Source: Candidatus Poribacteria bacterium (lineage in GTDB: Bacteria > Poribacteria > WGA-4E > WGA-3G). From it: a DNA stretch of 64,000 nt. The position numbers were made by a program, and so were the translations under genes. A model generated the notes under the pieces. It saw only the letters and a list, made by a program, of their open reading frames with translations, was not told the DNA's origin and ran no database searches. Location of the stretch: assembly GCA_965205015.1 (NCBI GenBank), contig OZ242029.1, positions 2,560,001 to 2,624,000 on the forward strand. The letters run 5' to 3'. Below are positions 36,448 to 46,995 of the stretch, in pieces; within the stretch, counting starts at the first letter, position 1, and every line of letters starts with the position of its first letter.

Positions 36448-37662
36448 CTAACGCGCTTTGAAATTCACTTGTAATGCTTTTTCAATATCCGCGCGGGGGT
36501 GAACGCCAAATTGGATTTCAAAATCTCGATCAAAAGCCTCTTCTTCAGCGGGGTCAGGTTGAAGCGGGAGTTGAATGGGTTGCCGATTCATCTGAATTGA
36601 TCGATGTGCGGCAATCACCATCTCTTGATCTGCTCTGCCCATTTCGCCTGTCCATAGTGGCTGCGTATCTTCTCGAACGGCGCGTGCGATACCATCAAGC
36701 ATCGTTGCCAGTGAAATGCCCGTTTCTGAAATATCTGTCCGCCGATAAGGATTCACCCACTCTACAGTGCCCCCTAAAGACGCAGGGAGTTCCACAAAGA
36801 TACGTTGCAAAGTGCCACTGTCACTATATTCCCTCTGGAATTCATAAGTCTGTGCCCTGCCGCTGTTTAACGTGAGGTCTTCATCCGTGCAAACGTTGAC
36901 GGTTTCACCACCGGTAGCACCCTGGTTCCCGTTGGTGATAATTGTGCCGCGCTCCCCACACGTCTCGAAACCGACAAGTTTATTCCGTCCGAGGCATCCG
37001 TTCTTATTGCCTACCATAGCGATACCGATGCCGCCATTCTCAAAATCTATGGCGTAAAACTCAAGACCTTCCCGATTGTGATCCCGTTTTGCCCTGTCAA
37101 CGTAGGGCGAAACAGGCATCGTATGTCCGATACTGCTAACGGTTTTGGGAGCGGCATCCATACGGCACCGTATGGCGGCGAGTCCATGATAGCCGGTTGT
37201 AGAAAAAAGTCGGTAACACTTGTGGACGTTCCCGATTACGTCTTCCTTAATGAGTTTACACACAAACTGTTCCACAGGAACGAACGGAAAATTCTCCGAT
37301 GTCTGGAGTTTTACACCATTCTCGTCAGCGTCAGTTATCATCATATCCATCAAACCGAGTGTTGGTGCAAGCCCAGTCTCAACGTTATGCGGGATACCGC
37401 ATCGGGACAGGTAACAGGAAACGACGTGATGTAGTGGCACGGGGACAACGACGTCGCAAACATCAGGGGATATTTCATCAATCATTTTCCGGACATCGGT
37501 ATAGGCTTTAACGCCGTATTTCGCCGCGCCTATTTCTGCGGATTCCGCATGGGCATCACACACGGCAACGATGTCGAAGGTGTCCTTTAATGTAGCGGCT
37601 GTTGACAGGTGCGCTGCACCGCGTCTACCGTGGCCAATTAAGGCGTATTTTAGACGTGACAT
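36448..37662 (-). CDS. Gfo/Idh/MocA oxidoreductase (divergent)
   Basis: IGHGRRG Rossmann start; ETG in place of EKP. Confidence 0.75.
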   Translation of the reverse strand: MSRLKYALIGHGRRGAAHLSTAATLKDTFDIVAVCDAHAESAEIGAAKYGVKAYTDVRKMIDEISPDVCDVVVPVPLHHVVSCYLSRCGIPHNVETGLAPTLGLMDMMITDADENGVKLQTSENFPFVPVEQFVCKLIKEDVIGNVHKCYRLFSTTGYHGLAAIRCRMDAAPKTVSSIGHTMPVSPYVDRAKRDHNREGLEFYAIDFENGGIGIAMVGNKNGCLGRNKLVGFETCGERGTIITNGNQGATGGETVNVCTDEDLTLNSGRAQTYEFQREYSDSGTLQRIFVELPASLGGTVEWVNPYRRTDISETGISLATMLDGIARAVREDTQPLWTGEMGRADQEMVIAAHRSIQMNRQPIQLPLQPDPAEEEAFDRDFEIQFGVHPRADIEKALQVNFKAR

Positions 37663-37824
37663 TTTTTAATTTTTCCTTGCGGTTAAACAACGTGTGCCTC
37701 GGATTTCACGTTCCCTTCTCGAATCCGCTCTCCCATTTCATTACGAGCTACGGTTCTGAGCATATAGGGCGAGGACCCTTGAAAAAACACCCAGGCAACC
37801 CCGCCATACATTACGGGTTCAGTT

Positions 37825-38805
37825 TTAATGAACGCACTGATAACCGGTCTCTTCAAGACGCGTTCGGATTTTATCGACTTCACCTGCGGACAATTGACGA
37901 AGCGGACGGCGCATCGTCATTGCGGGGAATCTGCCCATCAACCAACGGGCACATTTCATTCGCTGATGCGCGTCGCTGCTCGGTTCACCGAAGTTATAGA
38001 CGATGCGTGCGAGCGCGTCTACTTGACTGCGCGCCTTCCGTGCACCGATAAGATCGTTGTTGAGTGCTGCGTGGACGACATCCACCATTAACTCTGGAAC
38101 AAAACCCGCGAACCCGATGAGTGCGCCATCGCTTCCTTCGAGTAGGGAGGCGAGCAGATATTCATCATGACAGGTCAGAATAGGTACGTCGGGAGCGGCT
38201 TCTTTCAGTTGTTCATAGTCCCACCGCCAGCGTGCCATGTCACGGGTGCCCATTTTAATGCAGATAACCTGTGGGATCTTCACCATTTCTAACATCTCTT
38301 CAAGGCTGTATCCTGCCTTTGTCCATGCGGGGTACTGGTGAACAATAATCGGTATATCTGCGCCTTCGGCGACATCCTGAAAGTAACCGACTGCGGTTTC
38401 AGGTGTCCTTCCAAAACGCAACCAGTGATGTGCGGGCATTAACAGTATGGCATCCGCCCCGGCTTCCTTCGCCGCGAGTGCGTCATCGATCGCTGGGAGG
38501 CTCCCTTCTGCACTCACCCCTGAGACGACTTTCACTCGGTCGCCAACGGCTTCAGCGGTAATTTGCGTAACGCGCTGTCTTTCAGGCAAGCGGAGAGACA
38601 TGATTTCGCCGGTGTGTCCATTACAGACGACGCCTTTTATTCCTGGAACGCTTGCGAGTTCCTGCATGTATTGACGCAATCCGACTTCGTCAATCGATTC
38701 ATCTTCATGAAAAGGACAAAGCGTCGCCGGAAATACACCTGCCCACGGATGATGTTGCCAATTTATTTTCATCTGTTTTCCTGTTTGTTTATCTAATTTG
38801 TTCAC
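37825..38805 (-). CDS. Dihydrodipicolinate synthase / N-acetylneuraminate lyase family aldolase
   Basis: GHTGE, GADAILL, Schiff-base Lys in IKMG. Confidence 0.85.
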   Translation of the reverse strand: MNKLDKQTGKQMKINWQHHPWAGVFPATLCPFHEDESIDEVGLRQYMQELASVPGIKGVVCNGHTGEIMSLRLPERQRVTQITAEAVGDRVKVVSGVSAEGSLPAIDDALAAKEAGADAILLMPAHHWLRFGRTPETAVGYFQDVAEGADIPIIVHQYPAWTKAGYSLEEMLEMVKIPQVICIKMGTRDMARWRWDYEQLKEAAPDVPILTCHDEYLLASLLEGSDGALIGFAGFVPELMVDVVHAALNNDLIGARKARSQVDALARIVYNFGEPSSDAHQRMKCARWLMGRFPAMTMRRPLRQLSAGEVDKIRTRLEETGYQCVH

Positions 38806-38945
38806 TCTTTTATTTGGAATTCTGCACGATCCTTCAAATTAAATTCTATTTTAACTTGATTTTGCGTGTAAAATCAAGTATTATTTTAAAGAGAAGGCTT
38901 CATCTTGCCAGTACGGTTGAAAATCACGTTTACGGGGTTTCGTGA

Positions 38946-39407
38946 ATGGAGGAGGTCCAAGTGCGAAAACAGAGAAGGCTTAAAGTGATTGCGGCGAGCG
39001 TCATTTTGTTATGTGGTATGGCACTTTTAGTATGGGTTGGAATTCAAAGAACAAGTGTTCGGCACTTCACGCCCGCTGCGCTTGTGGCAGACGGCAACAG
39101 AATGAACAATCAACAGGTCCAGGTTGATGGGCTCATTGCAGAAGGCAGCGCCGAATGGGATGCTGCTAATTTTAAGCTCACCTTTGCTGTGCGTGACCGC
39201 GAAACTGCAGCAACAGTCAACGTGATTTACAAAGATCGACTGAAACCGGACAATTTTACGGACGGTGGTAGCGTTTTCGTAGAAGGTAAGTACGACGCAA
39301 CGCAGAACCGCATTGTCGCCTCTAAACTCATGACGAAGTGTGCCTCGAAATACGAGGGGGCAGAAAGTGCCACACCTACAGATGAGACCTCTTATATCTC
39401 GGAGTAA
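38946..39407 (+). CDS. ccmE: Cytochrome c maturation heme chaperone CcmE (CxxxY variant)
   Basis: N-terminal TM, PDNF, VEG, KCASKY. Confidence 0.88.
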   Translation: MEEVQVRKQRRLKVIAASVILLCGMALLVWVGIQRTSVRHFTPAALVADGNRMNNQQVQVDGLIAEGSAEWDAANFKLTFAVRDRETAATVNVIYKDRLKPDNFTDGGSVFVEGKYDATQNRIVASKLMTKCASKYEGAESATPTDETSYISE

Positions 39408-39468
39408 AGGATAAACAACACCTTAACAATATGTTCAACACCACTATTTTAAGGAGGCACAGCAACGA

Positions 39469-41493
39469 ATGACTGCGGAAATTGGACAAGCCGCTATATT
39501 TCTCTCTGTGTTCTCTGGCTTGTGGGCGATTGGTTTTCTCTGCCTTGGACTACGCACGCGAACTCAGAACGCCATCCGGAGCGGCAGGAACGCCGTCGTT
39601 GCCACCTTCATTCTCATCAGTATCGCAACCGGTGCCTTAATCTACGGTTTTGTAACCGACGATTTCTCGATGCGCTATGTCGTTGAGGTCTCAAGTGCCG
39701 CGCAACCCCTACTCTATAAAATCACAGCCCTCTGGGGACGCATGTCAGGCTCCCTTTTATTCTGGCTTTGGTTACTGACGGTTGCAGGCGCGATTGTCGT
39801 CTGGCAAAATCACCGGCGCACTAAAGAAACAAATGATACGCTTTCGGATTATGCCCTTATTCCGATTGTAGTCGTACAACTGTTTTTCATTATACTCGTC
39901 ACTGGCTTAGTCGAAGGCGTTTATAATCCACTCGAACGATTCCCCAATGGACAGATGGCACCTGATGGTGCCGGTATGAACCCACTTCTCCAGACGCCAA
40001 GCATGGCATTCCATCCTCCGACGTTATATATCGGTTGGATTGCCCTGACGGTGCCGTTTGCGTTTGCCGTTGGCGCACTTGCATCCGGTAGAGTTAGCAG
40101 CGAGTGGATCGTGCGTTCACGTCGGTGGACGCTCTTCTCGTGGATCGTCTTGACGATCGGTATCACGCTCGGTGGCAATTGGGCATATCGCGAGCTTGGC
40201 TGGGGCGGTTATTGGGCGTGGGATCCGGTTGAAAACGCCTCTTTTATGCCGTGGCTCCTCGGCACTGCTTATCTACACTCCGTGATGATTCAAGAGAAGC
40301 GGAATATGCTCAAACTGTGGAATATCCTCCTGATTACCCTCGCGTTCCAGTTCACACTCTTGGGAACCTTCATCACACGTAGTGGAATTATCACATCGGT
40401 ACATGCCTTCGCACAATCTGATATTGGCGGATATTTCCTCGGTTTCATCTTAGCCTCGACCGCAGGCGTCATCGGACTCATCATCTATCGTTGGAAGCGG
40501 TTAAAGAGTGCCAATCGTTTGGAATCCCTGCTCTCTCGTGAGAGTGCGTTTGTTCTGAATAATTGGCTTCTTGTCGGGTTAACGCTAATTATCCTCTGGG
40601 GCACGTTATGGCCGATTATCTCCGAGGCGATTAACGGTCAAAAGTCCTCTGTCCCCGAAGCATTTTTCAATCAAGTCGTTATTATTCCGGGGTTATTCCT
40701 TCTTTTCCTCACAGGGGCGGGTCCAATTGTCTCATGGAAAAAAATAACTGTTAACAACTTCCAGCGGATGTTTCTGTGGCCGCTTGTTATCGGTTTAGTC
40801 GCAGGCGCATTGACATGGGGATTTCTCACATTAATAAAAGTGGAGGCGTTTCCGCTCTATTCGGTCCTCTGCGTCGCCGTAGGTACCTTCGTGGTTGTAG
40901 CAATCTTTGCTGAATTTTATCGCGGCGCGAAGCTCCGCGCGAGACGACAGGAGACATCTTTCCTCAACGGTTTGAATCTCCTTATCCAACGGAATAAAAG
41001 ACGATATGGCGGTTACATCATCCATATCGGTATCGTTATACTCTATATAGGTATTATGGGATCGAAAGGCTATTCTCTGCTTGAATCCAAAAGTTTGAGG
41101 ATCGGAGAATCGATGGAGGTTGGCCAATTTCAACTCACAATGAAAGATTCATTTGAGAAAGAATTCGCTAACTATCGTCGAACGGGTGTTGTTTTCGATG
41201 TCGCTAAGAACGGGAAACAGATAGGGACGATGGAGCCCGCGCGCCACTTCTATTACAAAACTGGACAGGGAGAACAGGATACGATTGAATCTGCCATCCG
41301 ACACTTTGGGGTGAACGATTTCTATATCGCCCTCGGTAGCATCCCGCCGGATGTTAAGACAGGCGGTGTTGTGAACGTCCAAGCGTATTACAATCCTCTT
41401 ATCGGTGTCGTGTGGATCGGCGTTGCTATAATGGTGCTGGGTGGAATTGTCGCTATAGTTGAAAAGGTTGAACGCGGTAAAGACTCTGAATAG
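39469..41493 (+). CDS. ccmF: Cytochrome c heme lyase CcmF
   Basis: MNPLLQ, FHPP, WAYRELGWGGYWAWDPVENAS, SVHAF. Confidence 0.95.
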   Translation: MTAEIGQAAIFLSVFSGLWAIGFLCLGLRTRTQNAIRSGRNAVVATFILISIATGALIYGFVTDDFSMRYVVEVSSAAQPLLYKITALWGRMSGSLLFWLWLLTVAGAIVVWQNHRRTKETNDTLSDYALIPIVVVQLFFIILVTGLVEGVYNPLERFPNGQMAPDGAGMNPLLQTPSMAFHPPTLYIGWIALTVPFAFAVGALASGRVSSEWIVRSRRWTLFSWIVLTIGITLGGNWAYRELGWGGYWAWDPVENASFMPWLLGTAYLHSVMIQEKRNMLKLWNILLITLAFQFTLLGTFITRSGIITSVHAFAQSDIGGYFLGFILASTAGVIGLIIYRWKRLKSANRLESLLSRESAFVLNNWLLVGLTLIILWGTLWPIISEAINGQKSSVPEAFFNQVVIIPGLFLLFLTGAGPIVSWKKITVNNFQRMFLWPLVIGLVAGALTWGFLTLIKVEAFPLYSVLCVAVGTFVVVAIFAEFYRGAKLRARRQETSFLNGLNLLIQRNKRRYGGYIIHIGIVILYIGIMGSKGYSLLESKSLRIGESMEVGQFQLTMKDSFEKEFANYRRTGVVFDVAKNGKQIGTMEPARHFYYKTGQGEQDTIESAIRHFGVNDFYIALGSIPPDVKTGGVVNVQAYYNPLIGVVWIGVAIMVLGGIVAIVEKVERGKDSE

Positions 41494-41508
41494 ACGAAGG
41501 ACAAGCTC

Positions 41509-42078
41509 ATGAAAACTGGAAGAATTGAACATGCTGCAATCCCCAACAACACTGTAATTCCTAATTGTATGCGGGTTGTTGTACTTTTCATGGCTTGCTG
41601 CGTTATCGTCACCGTGCACGCGCAGACAGAAACACCCCGCACAGCAGAACCGAAAGATGTGAAGGATGCCACAGTTGCGTCGGATTTAAAAGAGTTGCTA
41701 ACGACAGTCTACTGTTACTGCGGTTGTACGCGAGAGACAATTGAGGTCTGTGTCTGCGACACGGCAGCCATGATTGAAAAGGATTTCCGTAACCGATTGC
41801 TGGCGGGTCAAACCGTTGAGCAGATTCGCACGAATTACCTGGATACGTTCGGACCACAGTATTACGCAGTCATGCCAGCGGAGGGTATTAATCTACTCGC
41901 CTACATTATGCCAGCCGTCATTCTTGTCCTCATCGGGGGTGTTGCCTTTTTCGCGCTGCGCAGATTCAAGCAGCAACCCGTAACAAGTGATGTGCCTGAA
42001 GAACCAAACCAACAGGTCTCCGATACAACCGTGAAACAGGTCGAAGTTGAATTGGAAAGGTTCAAACAGCAAAACTAA
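41509..42078 (+). CDS. ccmH: CcmH-like protein
   Basis: Follows ccmF; Cys cluster CYCGC...CVC; GQTVEQIR..Y...FG; C-terminal TM. Confidence 0.7.
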   Translation: MKTGRIEHAAIPNNTVIPNCMRVVVLFMACCVIVTVHAQTETPRTAEPKDVKDATVASDLKELLTTVYCYCGCTRETIEVCVCDTAAMIEKDFRNRLLAGQTVEQIRTNYLDTFGPQYYAVMPAEGINLLAYIMPAVILVLIGGVAFFALRRFKQQPVTSDVPEEPNQQVSDTTVKQVEVELERFKQQN

Positions 42079-42134
42079 GCGCGGCGATTTTTTGAGTAGG
42101 ATAGGCACTCCGTGCTCTTCAGGAAAGGTGTTTC

Positions 42135-42482
42135 ATGTCTTTTCTCGTGATTTTATGGATGATAATTCTTGGAATTGCACTGCTTGTGTATCTGAGCATT
42201 CCAATTTTTTCAAAGACAGGTTCACAGTTTGCTGCAACGTCCGACGATCTCATTGAGGAACGGCGACAAACCCTTTTTCAGGAACGCGAACGCAGCTACA
42301 CCGCACTGGCAGATCTCGATGAAGATTACGAAACTGGGAAACTTTCAGATGCCGACTACCAAGAGTTGCGCGAGGAACTCCTGCAAGAGACTGCGCGCGT
42401 CATCATGCAACTCGAAAATGAATCACTGTCGGATGTAGAAGCAGAAATTGAAAGGTTCAAACAGCAACAACGTGGAACGTAA
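42135..42482 (+). CDS. CcmI/CycH N-terminal-like membrane protein
   Basis: TM helix then LADLDEDYETGKLSDADYQELR. Confidence 0.6.
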   Translation: MSFLVILWMIILGIALLVYLSIPIFSKTGSQFAATSDDLIEERRQTLFQERERSYTALADLDEDYETGKLSDADYQELREELLQETARVIMQLENESLSDVEAEIERFKQQQRGT

Positions 42483-42483
42483 C

Positions 42484-43809
42484 ATGTACACGAATATATC
42501 CTCATATAACACATCGACGGTCAATCCGCAGATTCACTCTATCACTATAGGGGGGATATGTAGTCTATTAGCGGTTGCCTTGATGTTTCTTTTTCCACTT
42601 TCCACTCCGTATGCACAAACAACAGAATCGGGCGATATTCAAGGCGCGGTTATTGATAGAAATCGGGACAAACCGCTCATCGCGCAGCCTATAGTCCTTA
42701 CTATCCATAAGGGGGACGCTACTGAGACCCAAGAAACGGTGACGGATGAAAATGGAACCTATCATTTTGGGAATCTTCCACTCGATCCTCTTGTCCACTA
42801 TACAGTTTCTACGGTTCATGAAGGAACCGACTACACTGAGAAGGACGTAGTTTTATCCACGTGGGTTTCGCGCATCAAAATTGACTTTGAGATCGGGGGA
42901 TTTACAGATGACAAAACGCAAATTCGTGTGAATTCACATAGTTTCGTCATTACCCCTCCACCTCCCGATCACGCCCCAGATGGTGCCGTCACAATTATGG
43001 AAGCAATTGGGATTGAAAACCTGAGCGACCTCCCTTTTCAAACAACGCACGGCACGCAGACAGTCGGACTGCATTTATCCCTTCCAAAAGGGACCGAGGG
43101 TTTTCAGCCACATCAGACAACAGAACTCGCAATAAATCCTGCTACCAATCAAGCCATCCGCATGACACCCTTGCCAGCAGGAGAAACGCATTTAGGCTAT
43201 ACTTATATTTTTCACGTCGAAAAAGATAAATTGGATTTATCGCGTCGCTTGAATTTTGCGACGACGGAATTCTTATTCTTTGTCCCCGAAGGTATCAACT
43301 TTGCGCCGCGTGCGAAGTTTTTCGGCGCGCCAAAGCGCGAACAGATTCACGGTAATATTTATCTTATATATCAAAGCACTGCGCCAGAAGCGTTTGCTGC
43401 TGGTACAACAGTTGATTTGGCACTGAATGTAAACATGGGTTCCGCCCGTGGTGCCTTACCGGGACAAACATCTTCTAACCTGGGGCAATTGATACTTATT
43501 GCTGTCGCAGCAGCATTGACCGGTGGATTCTTCGTCGCCGCTCTCTTTAAACTGCGCACAGCAAACACCAGTAACACGTCTGACCCCGATGATAACACCA
43601 CAACACCCTCAGACGCAGGCTGGCTCCGTAAACTGAGTCCAGAGGATCACGAGCATGTCCGCGTCGCAAGACTTGAATTTATTACGCATCTTGATGATAA
43701 GTATGAGAAGCAAGAGATTTCGGCGCGTGTCTATAAACGATTGCGCCGAGAACAAACCGAACGCCTTACGACACTCCTCGAAGAACAAACAAGGAGAACC
43801 GATGCATAG
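42484..43809 (+). CDS. Exported/membrane protein with carboxypeptidase-regulatory-like domain (ccm-associated)
   Basis: VTDENGTYHFGNL; late TM helix; C-terminal LDDKYEKQEISARVYKRLR; start uncertain. Confidence 0.55.
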   Translation: MYTNISSYNTSTVNPQIHSITIGGICSLLAVALMFLFPLSTPYAQTTESGDIQGAVIDRNRDKPLIAQPIVLTIHKGDATETQETVTDENGTYHFGNLPLDPLVHYTVSTVHEGTDYTEKDVVLSTWVSRIKIDFEIGGFTDDKTQIRVNSHSFVITPPPPDHAPDGAVTIMEAIGIENLSDLPFQTTHGTQTVGLHLSLPKGTEGFQPHQTTELAINPATNQAIRMTPLPAGETHLGYTYIFHVEKDKLDLSRRLNFATTEFLFFVPEGINFAPRAKFFGAPKREQIHGNIYLIYQSTAPEAFAAGTTVDLALNVNMGSARGALPGQTSSNLGQLILIAVAAALTGGFFVAALFKLRTANTSNTSDPDDNTTTPSDAGWLRKLSPEDHEHVRVARLEFITHLDDKYEKQEISARVYKRLRREQTERLTTLLEEQTRRTDA

Positions 43810-44197
43810 CAAACACCACATCGCTGATCTGATCGTCATGTTGGGTCATATAGACGAAAACGTTCGAGATACCGCCAAAGCGGAATTGATCGCCATAGGC
43901 AAACCGGCTATTCCACAACTCATTGATGTGCTGACGCAGGAATGTTGGCATATCTCTGGGTACGGCGCCGAGTTTTATACCCACGTTGAAGAATCCGCCA
44001 TTCCTGTTTATATGGAGCAGATGGCGAATCATGCTGCGGAGGTATTGGCAAAAATCGGTGAATCGACCGTCCCCGCACTTACGGCGGAACTCACCAGAGC
44101 CGAACGTGAGTTTTCCGAATGGTTTTATAAGTACTTGCGACCCGAGCAAACCGACCGTCTTATCACAATGTTGGCGTATGTTAAAAAAGGTGAGTAG
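43802..44197 (+). CDS. HEAT-repeat protein (short)
   Basis: ATG 43802 with AGGAG RBS; LIAIGKPAIPQLID; paralogous to the next gene. Confidence 0.7.
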   Translation: MHSKHHIADLIVMLGHIDENVRDTAKAELIAIGKPAIPQLIDVLTQECWHISGYGAEFYTHVEESAIPVYMEQMANHAAEVLAKIGESTVPALTAELTRAEREFSEWFYKYLRPEQTDRLITMLAYVKKGE

Positions 44198-44809
44198 ATG
44201 GACAACGAACACGTCATAGCCGACTTGATTGATGCGTTGTCGGATGTGGAGGATGATGTCCGAGACGCCGCAAGAAAGGAATTGGTCGCTATCGGCGACC
44301 CCGCGATTCCACAACTCATTGAGGCGCTTTCAGAAAATTTGTGGGATGTTCCCGACCAAGCGGCGGACATTTTGGCAGAGATCGGTGCTTCCGCAGTGCC
44401 AGCACTTATGGAAGAATTGGCAATAGCTGAACGACATCACGCCCTCTGCATAAGCGATACGTTAGGTAGAATTGGAGCCCCCGCTATCCCGGCACTGCGC
44501 GAAGCCTTACAGGATTTAGATGAACAACTCCGTGAATATGCTGTTCGGGCATTGGGTAACATGGGATCAGGGGCAATTGGGGCGATACCGGTTCTCATTG
44601 AAGCCTTAAGCGACCCAGAGGAAGAGGTTCGGACCTATAGTGCGTATGCAATCTCAAACCTTGAGGCAGCTGCCGCGGCGGCTGTACCTGCGTTAATCAA
44701 GGCATTATCGGACGATTCCGAGCGGGTTCAACATCATGTAGCGTATGCGTTGGATAAAATCGGAACTCCGGAAGCGAAACAGGCGCTCATGGCACTCAGT
44801 CAAGCGTAG
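44198..44809 (+). CDS. HEAT-repeat (PBS lyase-like) protein
   Basis: Repeated AIPxLIEAL.D....VR..AA.AL units. Confidence 0.88.
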   Translation: MDNEHVIADLIDALSDVEDDVRDAARKELVAIGDPAIPQLIEALSENLWDVPDQAADILAEIGASAVPALMEELAIAERHHALCISDTLGRIGAPAIPALREALQDLDEQLREYAVRALGNMGSGAIGAIPVLIEALSDPEEEVRTYSAYAISNLEAAAAAAVPALIKALSDDSERVQHHVAYALDKIGTPEAKQALMALSQA

Positions 44810-44978
44810 GACAAAAATTTTATACGCCCTGAAATGGTTACGAAGCATCAAGTATTCCCATATTTTGATGTGTATTCATGGTTACAGAATTCGCTGAAAA
44901 TCTGTTTTGGATAGATTGAATTCATAGAAATTCGTGTCTGATAAACGTTGTGGTAAATTCTCCAAAACTTAAAAAAAC

Positions 44979-45007
44979 TTGAAAAATTGCATCAAATGTA
45001 GTATAAT
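44979..45007 (+). promoter_or_regulatory. Sigma70-type promoter of korAB
   Basis: TTGAAA-17 nt-TATAAT. Confidence 0.6.
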
Positions 45008-45201
45008 TAAAAAAAGAAAAATGTTTTATCTGTTCATGAATATTAAGAATAAAGGCGCGAATATCGCAATGTAACTAACAAACGAATCCATTTGCTTATT
45101 TGTCTACTATTCTGGTGTCGTCAGGTTTATCGAACTGTGGCGTATCTTCGGTGAATTCGCTACACCGGAATGGAGTACAAAAAGTTAGAAAGGGAGCCAA
45201 G

Positions 45202-46986
45202 ATGGCAAAATACGATTTTGTAATCGCTGTAGGAGGGGCACCCGGACAGGGAATAGACTCCGTCGGTCAGGTTTTGACGCGGATCTGTGCCCGGCACGGT
45301 TTGCATGTCTTTACCTACAGTGCCTACCAATCCCTCATCCGTGGCGGTCACACCTTCCTTACTGCCAGAATCAGTTCTGAACCGGTCGCGAACCAAGGCG
45401 ACAAGCTTGATCTGGTGATTGCCTTAGACCGGAATAGCTTAGAAACCCACCTTCCACATGTTGCCCCGGGCGGTACACTCATCTATAATAGCGATGATGT
45501 CAAGCAAGCACCAGAACGCGATGATATACAACTCGCACCTCTGTCCTATCAAGAGCTGTCTAACAACACCGATAGAAAAAAGATAATGCTAAACGTCTGT
45601 ATGCTCGGTGCGGCGCTGAAACTTGTAGGCGGAGATTTAAAGGTGTTTGAGGATATGCTCACGATTCAATTCCTCAAACGCAAAGGCCAGGCGATGGTAG
45701 ATGCGAACATTGGTGTCGCACGCGCTGGCTATAATCACGCAGCTGAAAACTTCACAGCATTCGATACCCAATTTGAGAAACAGGAACCAGCCCTCGCTGT
45801 GGTTGACGGTAATTCGGCAATGGCAATGGGCGGGGCAGCGGCAGGCGTCAAATTTTACGCCGCCTATCCGATGAGCCCCTCAACCGGTGTTCTCCACTGG
45901 ATGGCAAACAACGCTCGCGATCTCAGCATTATGGTACGCCAGTGCGAAGACGAAATTAGCGTTGTTAACATGGTTATTGGAGCAGCACACGCCGGGTGCC
46001 GCGCAATGTGCGCGACATCAGGTGGTGGATTCGCTCTCATGTCGGAAGCCATCGGTAGTGCCGGCATGATGGAAATTCCTATCGTCGTTATCAACGTCCA
46101 ACGCGGTGGTCCCTCCACAGGTTTGCCGACAAAGACGGAGCAGGGCGATCTATGGCAGATCCTCGGTGCCAGCCAGGGCGATTTCCCCAAGGTTGTTGTC
46201 GCACCGACGAGCATTATGGACGGCTTTGATGTTATCCCTGAAGTCTTCAATCTCGCGGACAAATTCCAGTGTCCCGCCATGGTCCTCTCTGATCTCACAT
46301 TGTCCATGGGGTTCACGACGTTCGAGCCAGATTCCATCAATTGGCAACCCGAAATAGACCGAGGTTCGCTCATTAATGGAGCCGAGCAGCCCGAAGGTAA
46401 ATACCTCCGCTACGAAATCACCGACAGCGGCATCTCACCGCGAGCGATTCCTGGCACACCGGGGCACGTTCACGTCGTCGCAACGGATGACCATGATGAA
46501 GACGGCACGCTGATTAGCGACGAATTCACGAACCCGCACAAACGCCGCGACATCATGGAGAAACGGCAACGGAAGATGGACGGTATCCTCGAACGCCTCC
46601 CGCCCCCAACGCTTGAAGGACCCGAAGATGCCGAAGTCACCCTGATTGGTTGGGGCTCCACACATAGTGTGATTGGCGAAGCCGCGCAACTCCTAACGGA
46701 AGCCGGTATTGCCACCAACCACATCCATTTCAAGTGGCTCTATCCCATAGACGAGGATGCGGTCAACGAAGTACTCGGCAAAGCCGGGCGTTCAATTATC
46801 GTTGAGTGTAACTACACCGGTCAATTCGCACGATTCCTGCGCGGTGAAACAGGCTTTAAGGCTGACGGTCAAATCCGCAAATATGACGGTGAGCCATTTA
46901 TGCCGCACCACATCGTTGACGGCGCCCGTGAATTCTTAGCAGGTAAGACCGACTTCTACGTGCCGTATCAAGAAATTGTCGTGTAA
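45202..46986 (+). CDS. korA: 2-oxoacid:ferredoxin oxidoreductase alpha subunit
   Basis: GGAPGQG, IRGGH, YPMSPS, EDEIS, TSGGGF, QRGGPSTGLPT; substrate not determinable from sequence. Confidence 0.9.
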   Translation: MAKYDFVIAVGGAPGQGIDSVGQVLTRICARHGLHVFTYSAYQSLIRGGHTFLTARISSEPVANQGDKLDLVIALDRNSLETHLPHVAPGGTLIYNSDDVKQAPERDDIQLAPLSYQELSNNTDRKKIMLNVCMLGAALKLVGGDLKVFEDMLTIQFLKRKGQAMVDANIGVARAGYNHAAENFTAFDTQFEKQEPALAVVDGNSAMAMGGAAAGVKFYAAYPMSPSTGVLHWMANNARDLSIMVRQCEDEISVVNMVIGAAHAGCRAMCATSGGGFALMSEAIGSAGMMEIPIVVINVQRGGPSTGLPTKTEQGDLWQILGASQGDFPKVVVAPTSIMDGFDVIPEVFNLADKFQCPAMVLSDLTLSMGFTTFEPDSINWQPEIDRGSLINGAEQPEGKYLRYEITDSGISPRAIPGTPGHVHVVATDDHDEDGTLISDEFTNPHKRRDIMEKRQRKMDGILERLPPPTLEGPEDAEVTLIGWGSTHSVIGEAAQLLTEAGIATNHIHFKWLYPIDEDAVNEVLGKAGRSIIVECNYTGQFARFLRGETGFKADGQIRKYDGEPFMPHHIVDGAREFLAGKTDFYVPYQEIVV

Positions 46987-46995
46987 TAAAGGAGA

